Source: Octopus vulgaris (lineage: Eukaryota). Taken from it: a stretch of 64,000 nt of DNA. The notes under the pieces are model-generated. The model had not been told where the DNA came from and did not search any database. It saw nothing but the letters and a program-made list of their open reading frames with translations. Below, piece by piece: positions 40,091 to 54,291 of this stretch (position 1 is its first letter; each line of letters starts with the position of its first letter). Location of the stretch: the NCBI GenBank assembly GCA_951406725.2, contig OX597842.1, positions 4,712,001 through 4,776,000 on the forward strand, in the 5' to 3' direction. The translations under genes were made by a program, and so were the position numbers.

Positions 40091-42856
40091 ACATTTTCAC
40101 TGCTGCCAAAATTGTACCAATCCAAACTCTATTGCTGTTTCTATAGCCAGATGCCCTTCTTGTTGCCAACCTTCACATATTTCCAAATAAGATAATATTT
40201 CTCTATGACCACACGCGTTTTCAAGGAAGATTGGGAACAAAGGACACTACCTGCACAACAGAGACACAAAATTGAAAAAAGAAATTAATCTCCAGAATTT
40301 ATCACTGTTTTGTCGTTTGTAGTAATGACACCATTTTTTTGTTGTCTGTTTGGTCTATCAAACATCTCAACAGATATCAGTTCTTTTTCTTTGTAACAAG
40401 TCCATTAGGTGCTTTATTGTTGGATGACAACTGTGTGGATGTGATCTAGGATCTGTGTGTACAGCAGCAGCAGTGGAGGCGCAATGGCCCAGTGGTTAGG
40501 GCAACAGACTAGCGGTTGGAGGATCGCAGTTTCGATTCCCAGACCGGGCGTTGTGTGTGTTTATTGAGTGAGAACACCTAAAGCTCCACGAGGCTCCGGC
40601 AGGGGGGGGGTGGCGACCCCTGTTGTACTCTTTCGCTCCAACTTTCTCTTACTCTTTCTTCCTGTTTCTTGTCCCCGACTTCCTACACAACCGCTGAGCC
40701 TGGATGTGCATTCATCTATCCATCGATGCTCTCAGTGTAGGGGGTTGACCTGCTTTCTCTTCTGCAGGTCTAATGAATAGCAAAGGACCACGTTTCGGAC
40801 TTCTCCCACTACAGACAATCCTGAGGCGCGATCTTGTGAGCTCTGGAATGAAGACTGCTTCACTCAACGAACAAACAAACAGCAGAAACAAAGTCTCAAA
40901 TGTGAGGGTAATACTCTGTTGTCAGACCTCACCTGAGCTTTGTAGTGTATTAATAGTTGTTGGAATCTGAACAGAACTGATATCCAAGGTGCCACATATA
41001 AAGCACTGGTGATTCCAGTTATTTCACACTACTCCAGTCTAATCAGCTGGCAAAAATGAGTTACACCTGTAATTTAAAGGGCCAGCCTTGTCACATTCTA
41101 TGTCACAATGAATCTCCCTGAGAACTACATTAAGGGTACAAGTGTTTGTGGAATGCTTAGCCACTTGCATGTTAATTTCATGAGTAGGCTGTCCCACTGG
41201 TGATGGTACCACATAAACAGTGCTAGTGATAGTACCATCTAAAAAGCACTAGTAAAGGTGCCATGTAAAAAGCACTGGTGATGGTGTCGCATAAAAAGCA
41301 CTGGTGCTAGTTCCACATAAAAAACACTCATTATGGTGCCACATAAAAAGCACTGGGGATGGTGCCATATAAAAAGGAATTGGTGTGGATTCCATATAAA
41401 ATACACCCAGTACACTTCTTATAATGGCTGGCATCAGGAAGGGCATCCAACTGTAATAACCAAGCCAAAAATAGACTATGAAAACTGGTGCAGACCTTGA
41501 TCCTGCCAGCTGATGTCTAGCCATCCAACCCATACCAACATGGAAAACAGATGTTAAATGATGATGATGATGATCTGAGGTAACACTTCTGGATGATCTG
41601 CGGTAACACTTCTGGTTACAGGGGAGGTTGTGGAAGGCAAAAATGAGATAATTTGGCTGTTTGGACACAGATGAACTGGTACAGCTAAATGAGTAATTTG
41701 AATGCAAGAAAGCCAAAGCAGCCTTATCCAGCCCAAATAGTCTCCCAGTTTTATTTATGTTCAAACTGATCGGATTCAGCCTCTTGCACCTACCTAAGAA
41801 TATCATTCTAAAGTAATACAATCACATCATTGAAATCTCCTCAAAGCTATGAGATATGCAGGATTAATTTAAAAGAGAGGGAATAAACAAGCCTGAATAA
41901 GCTGAATGCTAAAGGTCTAAATACAAATATCTTCATGGACAAACACCCTTGATTAATACTCTCCTCCTAGCTGAAGAGGGTTTTTGTCTTGCAAGTGACC
42001 CAGTGACCTGTGCTACGTAGAAAGCACCTATGCTGGTGCCATGTAAAAAATCTCCCAGTACACTCTGTAAAGTGGTTGGCATCCTGTTGTAGAAACTGAG
42101 CCAAAACACATGACTAGAACGTGGTGCAGCTCTCTGATTTGCCAACTCCAGCCAAATCATACAACCCATGCCAGCATGGAAAACAGATGTTAAATTATGT
42201 TGATAATGAGATGAGGATGATGATAAACAGAGATGGAGAGGGTGGAAAGAACCTGACAGATATTTAAACTAGAGAAACATTGAGCTGTCTGATGGCAAAA
42301 TGGACTAGTGTCAAACTAGCAATGCCAAATAATAAATGATGCCAAAACGGCTGTGCCAAGACATCTCATACCTTCAAAAGGTGATGGCAGGTAGGTTTTT
42401 GATGTATATGAGAATGTGGGTGCCAAAACAGGGTGCCAAAACTGGGTGATTGTAGAATGTGTATCTAAAGAAGTCTGCCAGCACACACTATAACAGTGGC
42501 ACTCCATTGGTTATGTCCATGACGGTTCAAGTTGATCCAATCAATGAAACAACCTGCTTGTGAAATTAACATGTATATGGTTGAGCACTGCACAAACATG
42601 TGTACCCTTAATGTAGCTTTCAGGTAGATTCAGTATGACAAAGAATGTGACAAGACTGGCCCTTTGAAACACAGGTACAACTTAATATTTGCCACCTGAG
42701 TGGAATGGAGCAATGTGAGATGAAGTGTTGTGCTCAATGGCACAATGTGCCACTGGGAATCAAACTCATGATCTTACAATCTTTACCCTAAACAGTTAGC
42801 CAAATGTCTTCAACATGAAGCTATTCATCAGACAAATGAGAGCTCAGTGGAAACTA

Positions 42857-43397
42857 TTGGGTTGTCCAGAAAGTTCGTGCCAATTTTTAAAGGAAAGAAA
42901 AAGGTCAATAAATACTTGCCATTACATTTTTAATCAACCAAATATGAACCATTTTGTTGCACAGTGCGTCTCCATCTTTCCTTTAACTTGAAAATACCCT
43001 CTTCCCAGAATTGAGGTGGTTTCAGAGCAAAGAATTCATCAAGGTATCTTTTTACATCATCCAAGAAATTGAAATTTTTACCATTAAGACTATTCTGCAG
43101 AGACCTGAATAAGTGGAAATCTGGTGAATATGGAGGGTGGGGTAACACATCCCAGCCGAGCTGCAGCAATTTTTGTCTGGTTTCCAAAGCATCAAGTGCC
43201 GAAAATGAACTTTCTTATCTTCCATTTTAAAGGGTTACAGAATTAACACAGGTTATAGGAACATAAACCTTCTCCCTTGAAAAGATAGCTTAAACTGTGC
43301 TCTAAATGGAGGTGTAGTCAAATCCTATTTTATAGACTCAAAAATAAATCGGAAGGTAAGCTACTATAAATCGGCACGAACTTTTCGGACAACCCAA
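42857..43397 (-). mobile_element. Internally deleted mariner element
   Basis: TIRs ttgggttgtccagaaagttcgtgcc / ggcacgaacttttcggacaacccaa with TA on both sides; transposase remnant GWDVLPHPPYSPDFHLFRSLQNSL...GIFKLKERW. Confidence 0.93.
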
Positions 43398-43456
43398 TAT
43401 AATCATTTGATTTTGATAGGGGTTCATGAACCAGATACTTTCTCATTTAGGTTTTG

Positions 43457-44548
43457 TTAATGTTAAACCTACTCCAGTTAAGTGCAACAGCACTTCTTTC
43501 TCCAAATTTTTCAAAGACAACATTTAATAATTCTATAAAACATCCTAAATGTAAATGGAACTATAACAGAAGGTTAATTATAACTTTTATCTTTTGGTAG
43601 TTGATAAAATAAAGTAGCAGTGAAATACTGGGGTAGATTTAATATTCCTATAAAACATTTGTAGTGAGGTGCAAAAAAGCCAATGCCATTTTGAAACAGC
43701 GAGATATCGCCTGCAACTATTACCATACGCAAGACAAAAATAAGATCTTGCCTGCAACCATTATTTAAGGAAATGACAACAACATTTCCCCCCTCATTCT
43801 TCTCACGCTGATGCCAAACAAGACATTGAAGCCAGGAGCTCACAGTGGACTTTTGTCCTGCTGTGATACCATATGCATTGTCTCCAGAGGTGATTGAACC
43901 TCATGTGTATGGTTACTAAAAGTAAACCTCTTGTATGAAGCACCTATGAATATACGGTTATTGAATTTACTCTGACTGAGAACTTCTTTCTTCGTATTTC
44001 CAGCTCCTTGAATCAACAGAATAATTATAAGGGAAGCAGAAGATTCCCCAAAAGTATTATAAAAACCTTCTTTCCATTATACATTCTAGATGTGAATAGA
44101 ATTATAATAAAAGACTAACACAAACTTAACCTTTCATCCTTCTGGGGGTAGATAAAACACAGTCTAGAGGTTTTACAAGTGAGCAGTATAGGAGGGTAGG
44201 TCTCCAATAGATTTTGCTTTAAGAAAGCAGTATTAGGGGTGAGCCTGAGTCTTCTGTTACAATTTCATTCAAATCTAGTGCCATCTATAGGAATATGAAA
44301 TCTGTTTCTCTGCTACTTTATTTTATCAACCCCAGAAGGATGAAAAGTAAATTGGTTTTCTTTTATAATTCCATTCACTTCTAGAATGTTTTATAGGAAT
44401 ATCAACCTTCTAAGGATAAAAGTTATAATTAACCTTCTGTAATAGTTCCATTCCCATTTAGGATGTTTTAAAGGGTCATTAAATGTTGTCTTTGAAAAAT
44501 TTGGAGAAAGAAGTGCTGTTGCACGTAACTGGGGTAGATTTAACATTA
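43457..44548. repeat. Nested inverted repeats (foldback-like structure)
   Basis: 43457-43605 is the reverse complement of about 44400-44548; an inner pair at about 44070-44155 / 44320-44400; ttgataaaataaagtagcag (43601) pairs with 44310-44329. Confidence 0.8.
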
Positions 44549-45215
44549 AAAAAATTATTATTATAATTATGGCCAGGATCCAACCAAGGCTGCAGCAACA
44601 AAGTCTACTTGTTACACTTCCTGGTCCACTGCCTCAATGAGGACATTGAGGCTTTCCAGGCCAGTGTCTGCAATCAAGTTGTTGATGTAAGTGTGACAAC
44701 ATTTTCCTCTTATTACATCACATGAAATGGGTTCCATAAGACTAACTTGGATGCTTCCCATTCAGGATGGCACACACAAGAACTAAATAGTCACAGTTAC
44801 ATTTACCTGATCTTTTTGCTAACTTTTGGCATAAATGCATTCATTTGTCATATATTGCTACCATTTCACATTTAGGGCCATTTGTAGCATCCATATGGCC
44901 TGTTTGATGATTTAACAAGACTTAAATGAGAGAGAGTACCCCAGAGGGTGTGGGGCTACAAATATTGAAAAGGAGGTGGACAAATGGCTTTTCCATGAAG
45001 GGTTTTAGTCAAACAAATCAACCCCAGTACTTATTTATTTCTTTTTAAGCCTGGTACACATTCTATCTGTCCCTCTTATCTAACTGCAAAGATGCAGGGA
45101 AGTAAACAAAACAATACAGGTTGTCAAACAATTGGTGTTAGTGTGTGGGGGACAAACACAGACACAAAAGTCAAATGCATACACATTGAAACCCTCACAG
45201 AAACACACACACATA

Positions 45216-46477
45216 CAAGGGTTGGACAAAATAATGGAAGCACCTAGCCTTATAGCATCATAATTTTTAAATATCTATAAAACCGTAAAAAGTTTATTCA
45301 TTTTTATATTTTTTGATTTATTATTAGTGTTGCTTAATATGTTTTGCTAAAATTGCTTTTTCTTTTCAGATATCATCAGTAAAAGGTAATTAAAATGCAT
45401 TAAAATGACAGATCTATCGGACTTTCAAAGAGGTCAAATTGTTGGTGCCCGTATGGCAGGTGCTAGCATAGCAAAAACAGCTGAAATGTTTAATGTATCA
45501 AGAAGTACTGTCTCGAAAGTAATGACAGCCTTTGAGAAAGAGGGAAAATCCTTTCATCGAAACAAAACCACGGAAGAAAACCAAAACTTTCAGATAGGGA
45601 CCTTCAGGTTGGACTCTTACGCGAATTGTTAGAAAGGATCACAAAATTACTGCAGAGCTTAATGACCACCTTGAGAACCCAGTTTCCACAAAAACTGTTC
45701 ACTGGGAGCTGCACAAAACTGGATTTCATGGGAGGGCTGCAATCAGAAAATCTCTGCTTTCAAAAACAAACATTGCAATGCGTTTAGAGTGGAGTAAAAA
45801 CCTACAGAATTGGTCCCTAGAGCAGTGGAAGAATGTTATTTTCTCAGACGAGTCATCCATTACCTTATTTTCAACCACCAGCTGAGTATACGTGTGGAGA
45901 CAGCCAAAAGAAGCATTTGAGCTAGACTGCTTTCTTCCAAATGTTAAACATGGAAGAGGATCTGTGATGATCTGGGGTCAGTGGCTGTATCTTGGAAATC
46001 CGCTGGCCCAATGGTTTCCCTTCAAGGCAGAATTAATAGTCAAGACTATTTAAGCATTTTATTTGATCAAATTTATCCTATGGTTGATGAACTGATTCCG
46101 GAGGCAAACGCAATCTTTCAGGGTGATAATACACCAATTCACACAGCTAAAGTTGTTACTGAATGGCATGGGGAACATTCTAGGGAAGTTGAACACCTTA
46201 TCTGAACAGTCCCCAGATCTCAATATTATTGAACATTTATGGTGCATTTTAGAAAAAAAAGTAAGGAGTCAATATCCTCCACCATCATCGCTACAAGAAC
46301 TGGAGACTGTTTTAGCTGAAGAATGGACAAAAATTCCTTTGGCAACAATTCAAACTTTGTACAAGTCCATACCTCGTAGAATTCATGCTGTAATTACTGT
46401 CAAAGGTGGTCCTACCCCATATTAAAATTAATTTGTTCGAAATTTTAAGGCGTTTCCATTATTTTGTCCAACCCCTC
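45216..46477 (+). mobile_element. Full-length Tc1-family transposon with pseudogenised DD34E transposase
   Basis: TIRs caagggttggacaaaataatggaa / ttccattattttgtccaacccc with TA flanks. HTH LSDFQRGQIVG, FSDES, FQGDN, SPDLNIIEHLW, KGGPTPY split by frameshifts and stops. Confidence 0.93.
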
Positions 46478-46481
46478 TATA

Positions 46482-48020
46482 TCATCATCATCATCATCAT
46501 CGTTTAACGTCCGCTTTCCATGCTAGTATGGGTTGGACAATTTGACTGAGGACTGATGAACTAGATGGCTACAACAGGCTCCGATCTTGATCTGGTAGAG
46601 TCTCTACAGTTGGATACCCTTCCTAACACCAACCACTCTGAGAGTGTAGTGGGTGCTTTTACGTGCCACCAACATGGGAGCCAGTCAGGCGGTACAGGCA
46701 ATGACTTCACTCAAATGTTTTTTCACGTGCCAGTAAGGCGATGCTGGTAATGATCATGCTCAAAAGATGCCTTTTACGTGCCACTGGCACGGAAGCCAGT
46801 TGGTTGCTCTGGCATCGATCATGCTCAGATGCCAGTCATTGAATTTGATTTTGATTTTACTTGCCTCAACAGGTCTTCGCAAGCAGAGTTTAGTGTCCAA
46901 AGAAGGAAAAGTACACATAAGCGGGCTGGTTACGCCCCTGGCATGGGCCACAGGTTATGGCCTCATTTGGCTTGCCGGGTCTTCTCAAGTACAGCATATT
47001 TCCAAAAGTCTTGATCATTAGTCATTGCCTTGGTGAGGCCTAAAGTTCGAAGGTCATGCTTCACCACCTCGTCCCAGGTTTTCCTGGGTCCACCTCTTCC
47101 ACAGGTTCCCTCAACCGCTAGGGTGTGGCACTTTTTCACACAGCTATCCTCATGCATTCTTGCCACATGACCATACCAGCACAGTCGTCTCTCTTGCACA
47201 CCACATCTGATGCTTCTTAGGTCCAACTTTTCTCTCAAGGTACTTACACTCTGTCGAGTATGCACACTGACATTACACATCCATCGTAGCATGCTGGTTT
47301 CATTCCTTGTGAGCTTATCCATGTCCTCAGCAGTCACGGCCTATGTTTCGTTGCCTGAGCATTTGCCACATACAAAAACTATCTTCCCAGTTAGCCTTCC
47401 TTTGACATTGCTGCACCTCTTATGTGTCCATAGCTTACACTGGGTACATTTTATAGAGTTTGTACCTATGCCTCTACTAGTGATCGAGCAGGGCCATCTA
47501 CATGAAGGGATTTGTGGTTTGCCTGCCCTCCTACTTATTGAGACTTTGGTTTTAGCAAGGTTGACTCTAAGGCCCTTTGATTCTAATCCTTGTTTCCACA
47601 CCTGAAACTTCTCCTTCAATTCTCATAGTGACTCAGCAATTAGAGTAAGGTCGTCAGCATAGAGGAGCTCCCAGGGGCATCCTGTCTTGAATTCCTCTGT
47701 TATTGCCTGGAGGACTATGATAAATAGGAGGGGGCTAAGGACTGAACCTTGGTGGACCCCTACCGCCACCCAGAATTCTTCACTGTACTCGTTGCCAACC
47801 CTCACCTTACTGACAGCGTTCCTGTACATGGCTTGCACAGCTCTCATTAACCATTCATCTATCCCTAGTTTCCTCATTGACCACCAGATAAGTGATCCGG
47901 AGACCCTGTCAAAGGCTTTCTCCATGTCAACAAAAGTCAGGTACAGAGGCTTATCTTTGGCTAGGTATTTCTCCTGCAGCTGTACCAGAAATATAGCATC
48001 AGTGGTGCTTTTCTTTCTCA
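46482..48020 (-). mobile_element. RTE-clade LINE, 5'-truncated, with 3' UTR and (GAT)n tail
   Basis: FVDMEKAFDRV, GVHQGSVLSPLLF, ELLYADDL, Cys-rich insert, WYGHVARM. The 3' UTR ends ...ggacgttaaacgatgatgat. The same 3' UTR recurs as short copies (about 8170, 9000, 22300, 30345, 41190, 48060, 56900, 61960). Confidence 0.92.
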
Positions 48021-48649
48021 TCTAAACTGCTATTTTCCACACTCTCTCTCCTTCTTTTGCACTTCCCTCAGGCTGGGTAACCAGGTATCTCCTTTAAAGC
48101 AGCACACCTGTTTCTGTCTTCATTCTTGATCATTCTCTCTCTCTGGCCGAGTAACCATGTATCTCCTCTACAAGACACACTCTTGCATTTCATCATCTGA
48201 CACAAGATCACCTTCTTCAATGCTCTCTCTCTCTCCTCGCAAAGTACTTTTGTCTTGTAAGTTACTTGATGATGCTGCCCAGTGCTGGTGCCATGTAAAA
48301 AGCATCCAGTCCACATTGTAAAGTGGTTGGCATTAGGAAGGGCATCCAGTTGTAAAAACCATGCCAAAACTGACCTCACCTGTGCTGGTGCCACATAAAA
48401 AGCACTCAGTCCACTCTGCAAGGTAGTTGGTATTAGGAAGGGCATCCAATCATAAAACTGTGCCAAAACAGACACAGAAGTCTAGTGCAGTCTTCTGATT
48501 TGCCAGCTCCTGTCAAACCATCCAACCCATGGCCACATGGAAGGCAGACATTAAAGTTAAACAATGATGATGATGATGAATCAACATCCAAGGTTGTTCT
48601 TCATGTATGACAGGTAAATCCAAATATCACTTAGAAGAATTTCAAGAAA

Positions 48650-50340
48650 TTCAGAGTATAAGACAATAAGAATAAGAATGGAGAAAATCACATCTTTAAT
48701 TGGTGATTACACCATATATTACCAATGATTGTTTCTATTGAGCCATCATATTTAGATACAGGAAATGGTATAAAATACCTGCCAAATTAATATATCCAAA
48801 AATATCTGCTATAGGATTGTGCACTACCTACAACTATATGCTTTATGGTTGTGCACTAACTACTATAGACCAGGTAATTTTGAAGTCATGAGAGCTTTGC
48901 CTCTTGCAAGATCCACATAAACTTTCATAAAGCCGTAGCACATTTTTTATTAGGGGTTGATAAATGAATGTTTGTGCATTTAATAGCATTTTTTGAATGT
49001 CAGAAGCATTGTTCAAACATATGTTTTAAGTTCACTACACTTGTTTGATTTAACCTTGGCACTGTATACTATCAATTTTGCCAGACAGTTCCTATCCATT
49101 GGACAGTTTTCATGAATTCTACAGTTGCACAGTTTTTGTCGGTCAGCTGTTAGCATCTCTCTTCTTTTCAGCTTCACAGCATTATAATCTCTGATGTAAC
49201 ACCTGAAATTCTTGCAAGCTGAATGACTAACCTTAACAGTGTTCCTATTCAATATTTTACTGTACTTATGCCCTGGTGGAAAATGGTGATTAAGAAATTC
49301 TTTAGCTGTATTAGTTTTTTACTGCTAGACCAAATAATGGGTTGTACCATAAAATGTTCCTTTTCCTATTCCTCTTCTTATGCTGTGTGTTCCCGGTATT
49401 TTTTACATACCTAGTCTTATTAGCAAATCCATTATTTCTTAGTGCCTCAATAATACCCAACTGCACCCATAAAGGCATCTTCATCAGGAGATAACAAAGA
49501 TACCTGTTTACTAGTATTGTCAACCAAGTTCCTCAATATATAAGGTGGGTTATTTGATTGTCTGTGTATATATACTAACTTTTTATTATCCAGGCTAAAT
49601 GTTGTGTCAAGAAAATTAACAGTAATAAGGTTAGTATCTACACAAATACCAAGTTCTATTTATCTTTTTTATCATTTTTTCTTGTTTCAGTCACTAGACT
49701 GTGGCCATGCTGTGGCACTGCCTTGGAAAATATTAGTCAAATGACTTATTATTATCTTTTCAAGCCTGGTACATATTCTATCTGTCTCTTTTGCTGAAAT
49801 GCTAAGTTATGGGGATGCAAACACCAACACAAAGACACTAACACATAGCTATATATATACGACAGGTTTCTTTCAGTTTCTGTTTACCAAATCCACTCAC
49901 AAAGCTTTAGTCAGCCCAAGGTAATAGTAGAAGACATTTTTCTCAAGGTGCCACACAGTGGGAGTGAACCCAGAACCATGTGGTTGGGGAAGCATACTTC
50001 TTAGCACACAGCCACACCTGCACCTATTTCCTGAAGTACTTTAATCAAATCTTTCCTAAATCTTTCTAACTTACGACCATTACAATTATTCAATAGAATC
50101 GAACCATCATCATGATATAAGCCACAGTCCATTTCAGGAAATTCTTTTCTCAGTAAATTTAGAATATATAATTTTACTCATCTGGGCTCCATCATAAGTT
50201 CCCATGGATGCAGCAAATAATTCATGCTTTTCTTAACCTGTGTTGTTATTGAAAACTAGAAGCTTGAGTTCATAATTACATAAATATCTGACTCACAAAT
50301 ATCATTGACTGTTTTCGCAAAATCTAGGGCCTTCAGTAAG
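48650..50340 (-). mobile_element. Penelope-like element remnant (GIY-YIG region), split by a SINE
   Basis: RKRNILWYNPLF, NRNTVKVSHS, CNCRIHENCPMDRNCL...IVYSAKV...KTYV, typical of the linker and GIY-YIG start in Penelope-like elements. Confidence 0.8.
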
Positions 50341-50619
50341 CCTTTAGCATTCAAACCGGCCAAAATATTTAACGGGTTTTGTGCTCAAACTGGCCAGATA
50401 TGGCCTCTCACCTCAACCCTACTAAACTACAAGATAATGCGTGATTAATTTAAAACAATATAAATAAACAAACATCACATTTGACAGAATAACCTGAATA
50501 CTAAAGAGTTAACAGAGTTTTGGTAATAGAGGGTTAAAAGCCAGCAATGTCAAACTGTGTGAATCTACAGTTCCCCTTCTCTTTTATTCCCTTAAACTAT
50601 GGATGTGCTTCTTGTTACA

Positions 50620-51178
50620 CTATATCTTGAGTCATACATATCATCATCTGAAAAAGACTTTCTTACTAGAAAGGGTATGGCCTGGTCAGCCTGTAATGAT
50701 ATGTATAAGATCTGGTCATCAAATCTAAGTAGAGATTTCAAACTTAAAATCTTCAAAGCCACAGTCGAACCAATTCTACTACATAGCTCAGAAACCTGGA
50801 CGTTATCAAAGAAGCTTGAGAGGCAGTTGGATGGAACTTACACTTGCCTCCTTATGAGAGCTCAAAATCTCTCGTGGAAGCGTCATCCAACCAAAGTACA
50901 AATATATGGGAAATTACCACCTGTATTATCTCTTGTGAAAGGAAGAAGAGTCCAGTTTGCTGGACATTGTTGTAGAGCTGAAAACGAGGTAATTTCTACT
51001 CTTCTCCTCTTGAAGCCATCTGCTTGCGATACCAGAGGGCGCACACTCTCCTACCCTGATGTAATTTCCAGGGATACAGGCATCCAGCAACAGGACCTCC
51101 GTAATGCTATGATGGACCGTGAAGTCTGGCGTAACATAGTAAATTCCATTGTCTCGACCACGGTCAAACAAATGAAAA
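50620..51178 (+). mobile_element. RTE-like LINE 3' fragment
   Basis: RKGMAWSACNDMYKIWSS...IFKATVEPILLHSSETWTL...FAGHCCR...MMDREVWR. Confidence 0.85.
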
Positions 51179-52409
51179 AAAGTAACACTGGATTCAAGCC
51201 CATGTTTTGCCACTTACAAGTTGATGCAACCGATATTTTGTCCAAGCAACAACCATTGTTCACATGGTATTTCTGCAGCCCATCTGAAACTTTCTGTGAG
51301 CAAAGCCTATAAGTACAGTCAATAAAGGTGCCAATTTCACAGAATGTCAAGATATCCAAGCCCATATGATGTTCTCCACTCTTACCAATTTTGGAGTGTC
51401 TTGGGTCAATCTTCAAATTACATTCTTTCTGTCGCTGTTTTAATGGCTGCATATTCAATCAAGGATTTTGAAGAAGGAGACACAACACAGCACCTGTATA
51501 CTTGCTTAAATATATTTAAAACTAGCACAAGTGTTAAATTTCAAACAGACATTTTCCTTGAATGTCATATTATGCTATTTCCACTTTACGGTTTCCATTA
51601 ATTGTAATACACGAACATCTTTTCATTCCAATGTAATACAATAAATTATATTCAAATTACTATACGAATTTCTGTTAACTTGGTTTTATATGAGAACACG
51701 CAGCCGAAACAATATCCACTTACCCATCTGACCTCATAATCTTGATGAAAGTTTTTTTACTCTGAAAAAGGATTTTTTCTCAAACTACTCCTAACTCTGG
51801 CTTTGCTGGGTTAATCAATCTATGCTTAAGGTTACTCTCTAAGTTTACTATAAGATCCTTCAGAGAACTGGGGTGCCAGACAATCTACCCTAATATTTAT
51901 TTTTACTATTTTGAAAATATTATTTTGTTTTGTTTTTGCACAATCATAACTTTTGATGCTTAAAACATATAGATCCCAAAAAAGTACTATTTTAGGGTTA
52001 CAAGATAATTTCCGACGCTACTGTATAGGATTGCCTTTAAGATACATATTGAGGGAAAGTGTTGTGTGTCTGTAGGAGAAATAGATAGTGAGTAAGAGAG
52101 AGACAGTGAGAGTGTGTGTGTGTGTGTGTGTGCGCGTATGAAGAAAAGGTGGGAGAGGAGAAATAGATGGAATGATAAAGAGAAAGTGCATGGAAAAGAA
52201 TGTGAGTGTGTGTATCTGTGGTTACATGTAGCGTTTGATTATGCATGTGTGTGTGTGCATATGCAATAGAACCAGAGAAATGGATAGAAAGATACATATA
52301 GAGGGAGGGTGCAAATCTGTAGGAGAAAAAGAGTAAAAGAAAGAGAGAGAGAATAAAGTTGTATAGTAGAAAGAAAGCGAGACGGTTAAAACGAAAGGTA
52401 GATCAGAGT

Positions 52410-52510
52410 TCGGCCAATCAGAATTGCTTTTTCATGCACCTATCAAAGATTAGCCAATCAACACTCAGCTAACATAACGGTGTTCGGCTAAGGTAGAAAC
52501 ATGGCGGCGG
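52410..52510 (+). promoter_or_regulatory. Proximal promoter: two NF-Y-type CCAAT boxes and a YY1-like motif over the start codon
   Basis: ggCCAATCAg at 52414 and agCCAATCAa at 52454, 40 bp apart; AACATGGCGGC spans the ATG. Confidence 0.6.
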
Positions 52511-52516
52511 AAGCAG
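52501..52516 (+). CDS. First coding exon of an unidentified gene (MAAEA...)
   Basis: aacATGGCGGCGGAAGCAG|GTAAGT: strong Kozak context, consensus donor, phase 1, directly downstream of two CCAAT boxes. Confidence 0.75.
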
Positions 52517-54291
52517 GTAAGTGAAAATATTAGATGTTCAATGTCAAAGATATTTCGTTTACCAGGGGACAGTCGAGCTGGGATTGAATTCATGCACATA
52601 GCATATCTTAGTGTTTGGCCCGATGCTTTTCAAGTCCTGGGTTGACCCCCTTTTAAACGTGGACGACGTGAGAAAACACACGCTGCTTGTTTGCTGGTCT
52701 GTTTTGGTTTGCTTTCAAAACGTCAAGCTAACTTGTTGATTTGATAAGAAGATGGAAAAATAGGGAAGCCAGAGCCGGACCCCTAATCTTGGTTCAATCC
52801 TAGGTCACAGATACATGCAAATATTTGTTAATTTCATTGTGTTTGTTCCTTTTTCCTGTGATAGTCATTCAGCATTCCATGTAAACCATTTTGCTCCCTT
52901 CGTCGCCATGCAGAACGTCTTGTATTTCCCGGTTGAAACATAACGGACCTACCCGTTCTAGTCGTTTTGCTTGTCACAGTAATAGGTGCATAACTGTGTC
53001 CTCCCACTTTTTTGGGGGTGTCTCGTCATCACAGACTGGTGGAAGAAAATGAAGATGTTGAAAAAAAAAAAAAAGAAGCACGTTTTACGGGAGAAAGATT
53101 GGTCACAAAGTGAACCCCGTTAATGACACCCAAGGACCAAATTGCGGCGTTGAACAGAGCGACCGGTCAAACCTAGAACTACCTAATAACCAACCACATG
53201 GCCACACCTGCTCCCAAACACTTTCTTTTTCAACATGTAGATCTGCATGTTGTATCATTATTAAAACTAGCGGCAGAGATTAAATACAGGACATTGCTCA
53301 AGATTTGCAATTCGAGTTCATTTTAAATTTTAAAAAAATTTTGAAATAGAACAAAACGGAATCGATAAATACAAAGAGAACAGATTTTCTTTGCCGAAAG
53401 CATTTTACATTGAAAAATATGTATTCAGATTCTTTATGCTTTGAGATGAAATATACCATTGGCCGCTCTTTTGAATCTCTTTTACTTGTTTCAGTCATTG
53501 GACTGCAGCTATGCTGGGGCATCGCCTCGAAGGCTTTTACTCGAACAAATCGACCTCAGTATTTACGTTTTCCCTTTATTCTTAACATTGGTGCTTGTTC
53601 TATCAGTCTCATGCCGAACCGCTAAGTTATGAGAACGTAAACAAACGTATATACGTAATGGACCTCCGTACAGTTTCTTTTTACCAAATCCATTAGCAAG
53701 GCATTGATCTGCGCTATAGTAGAAGAAAGTTGGTCAAAGTTCTGCGCAGGGGAACTGAACCCGGAACTATTTGGTTGCAAAGTGAGCCTCTGAATCACAC
53801 ATTATGTTGTAGATTTTTTGGTAAAAGACGAAATCCGTTACCCATTTAAGCAGGGTCCACTTGCAAACATTTAGGCAATATCTCCTATTCAAGGATAACT
53901 TCCTCTCTGTTTCGGAGTCATTAGACTACCGCCATGCTGGGGCACCACCCTGAAAATTTTAATAGTCGAACGAATAAACCTCAGTACTGATTTTAAAAAC
54001 ATGTTACTTACTCTTCGCTGAACCGCTAGCTAACGGGGGACGTAAACATTGGTTGTCAAGCGGTGGTGGGGCTTGACCACAGACACCAACACACATATGA
54101 AGAGCTTCTTTCAGTTTCTGTTTACCAAATCCATTCACAAGACTTTGGTCGGCCCAAGGCTATAGTAGAAGATACTCACCCAAGATGCCACACAGTGAGG
54201 CCATGTAGTTGGGAAGCAAGCTTCTTACCACACAGCCATGTTGTACCTAGGTGTGTGTGTATATACATACACTCACATATAAATACACATA

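Noticed and set aside
40473-40550. tRNA-like sequence with A and B boxes
   Set aside because: It continues into a SINE body shared with 22965-23270 and has no proper acceptor stem; it is a SINE head, not a tRNA gene.
51190-52040. Possible MULE transposase remnant on the minus strand (TFIDCTY)
   Set aside because: A single short motif with no TIRs identified; too weak to call.
37300-52500. Bidirectional promoter for the head-to-head genes
   Set aside because: The starts are about 15 kb apart, separated by transposon debris, and each has its own promoter-like patch.
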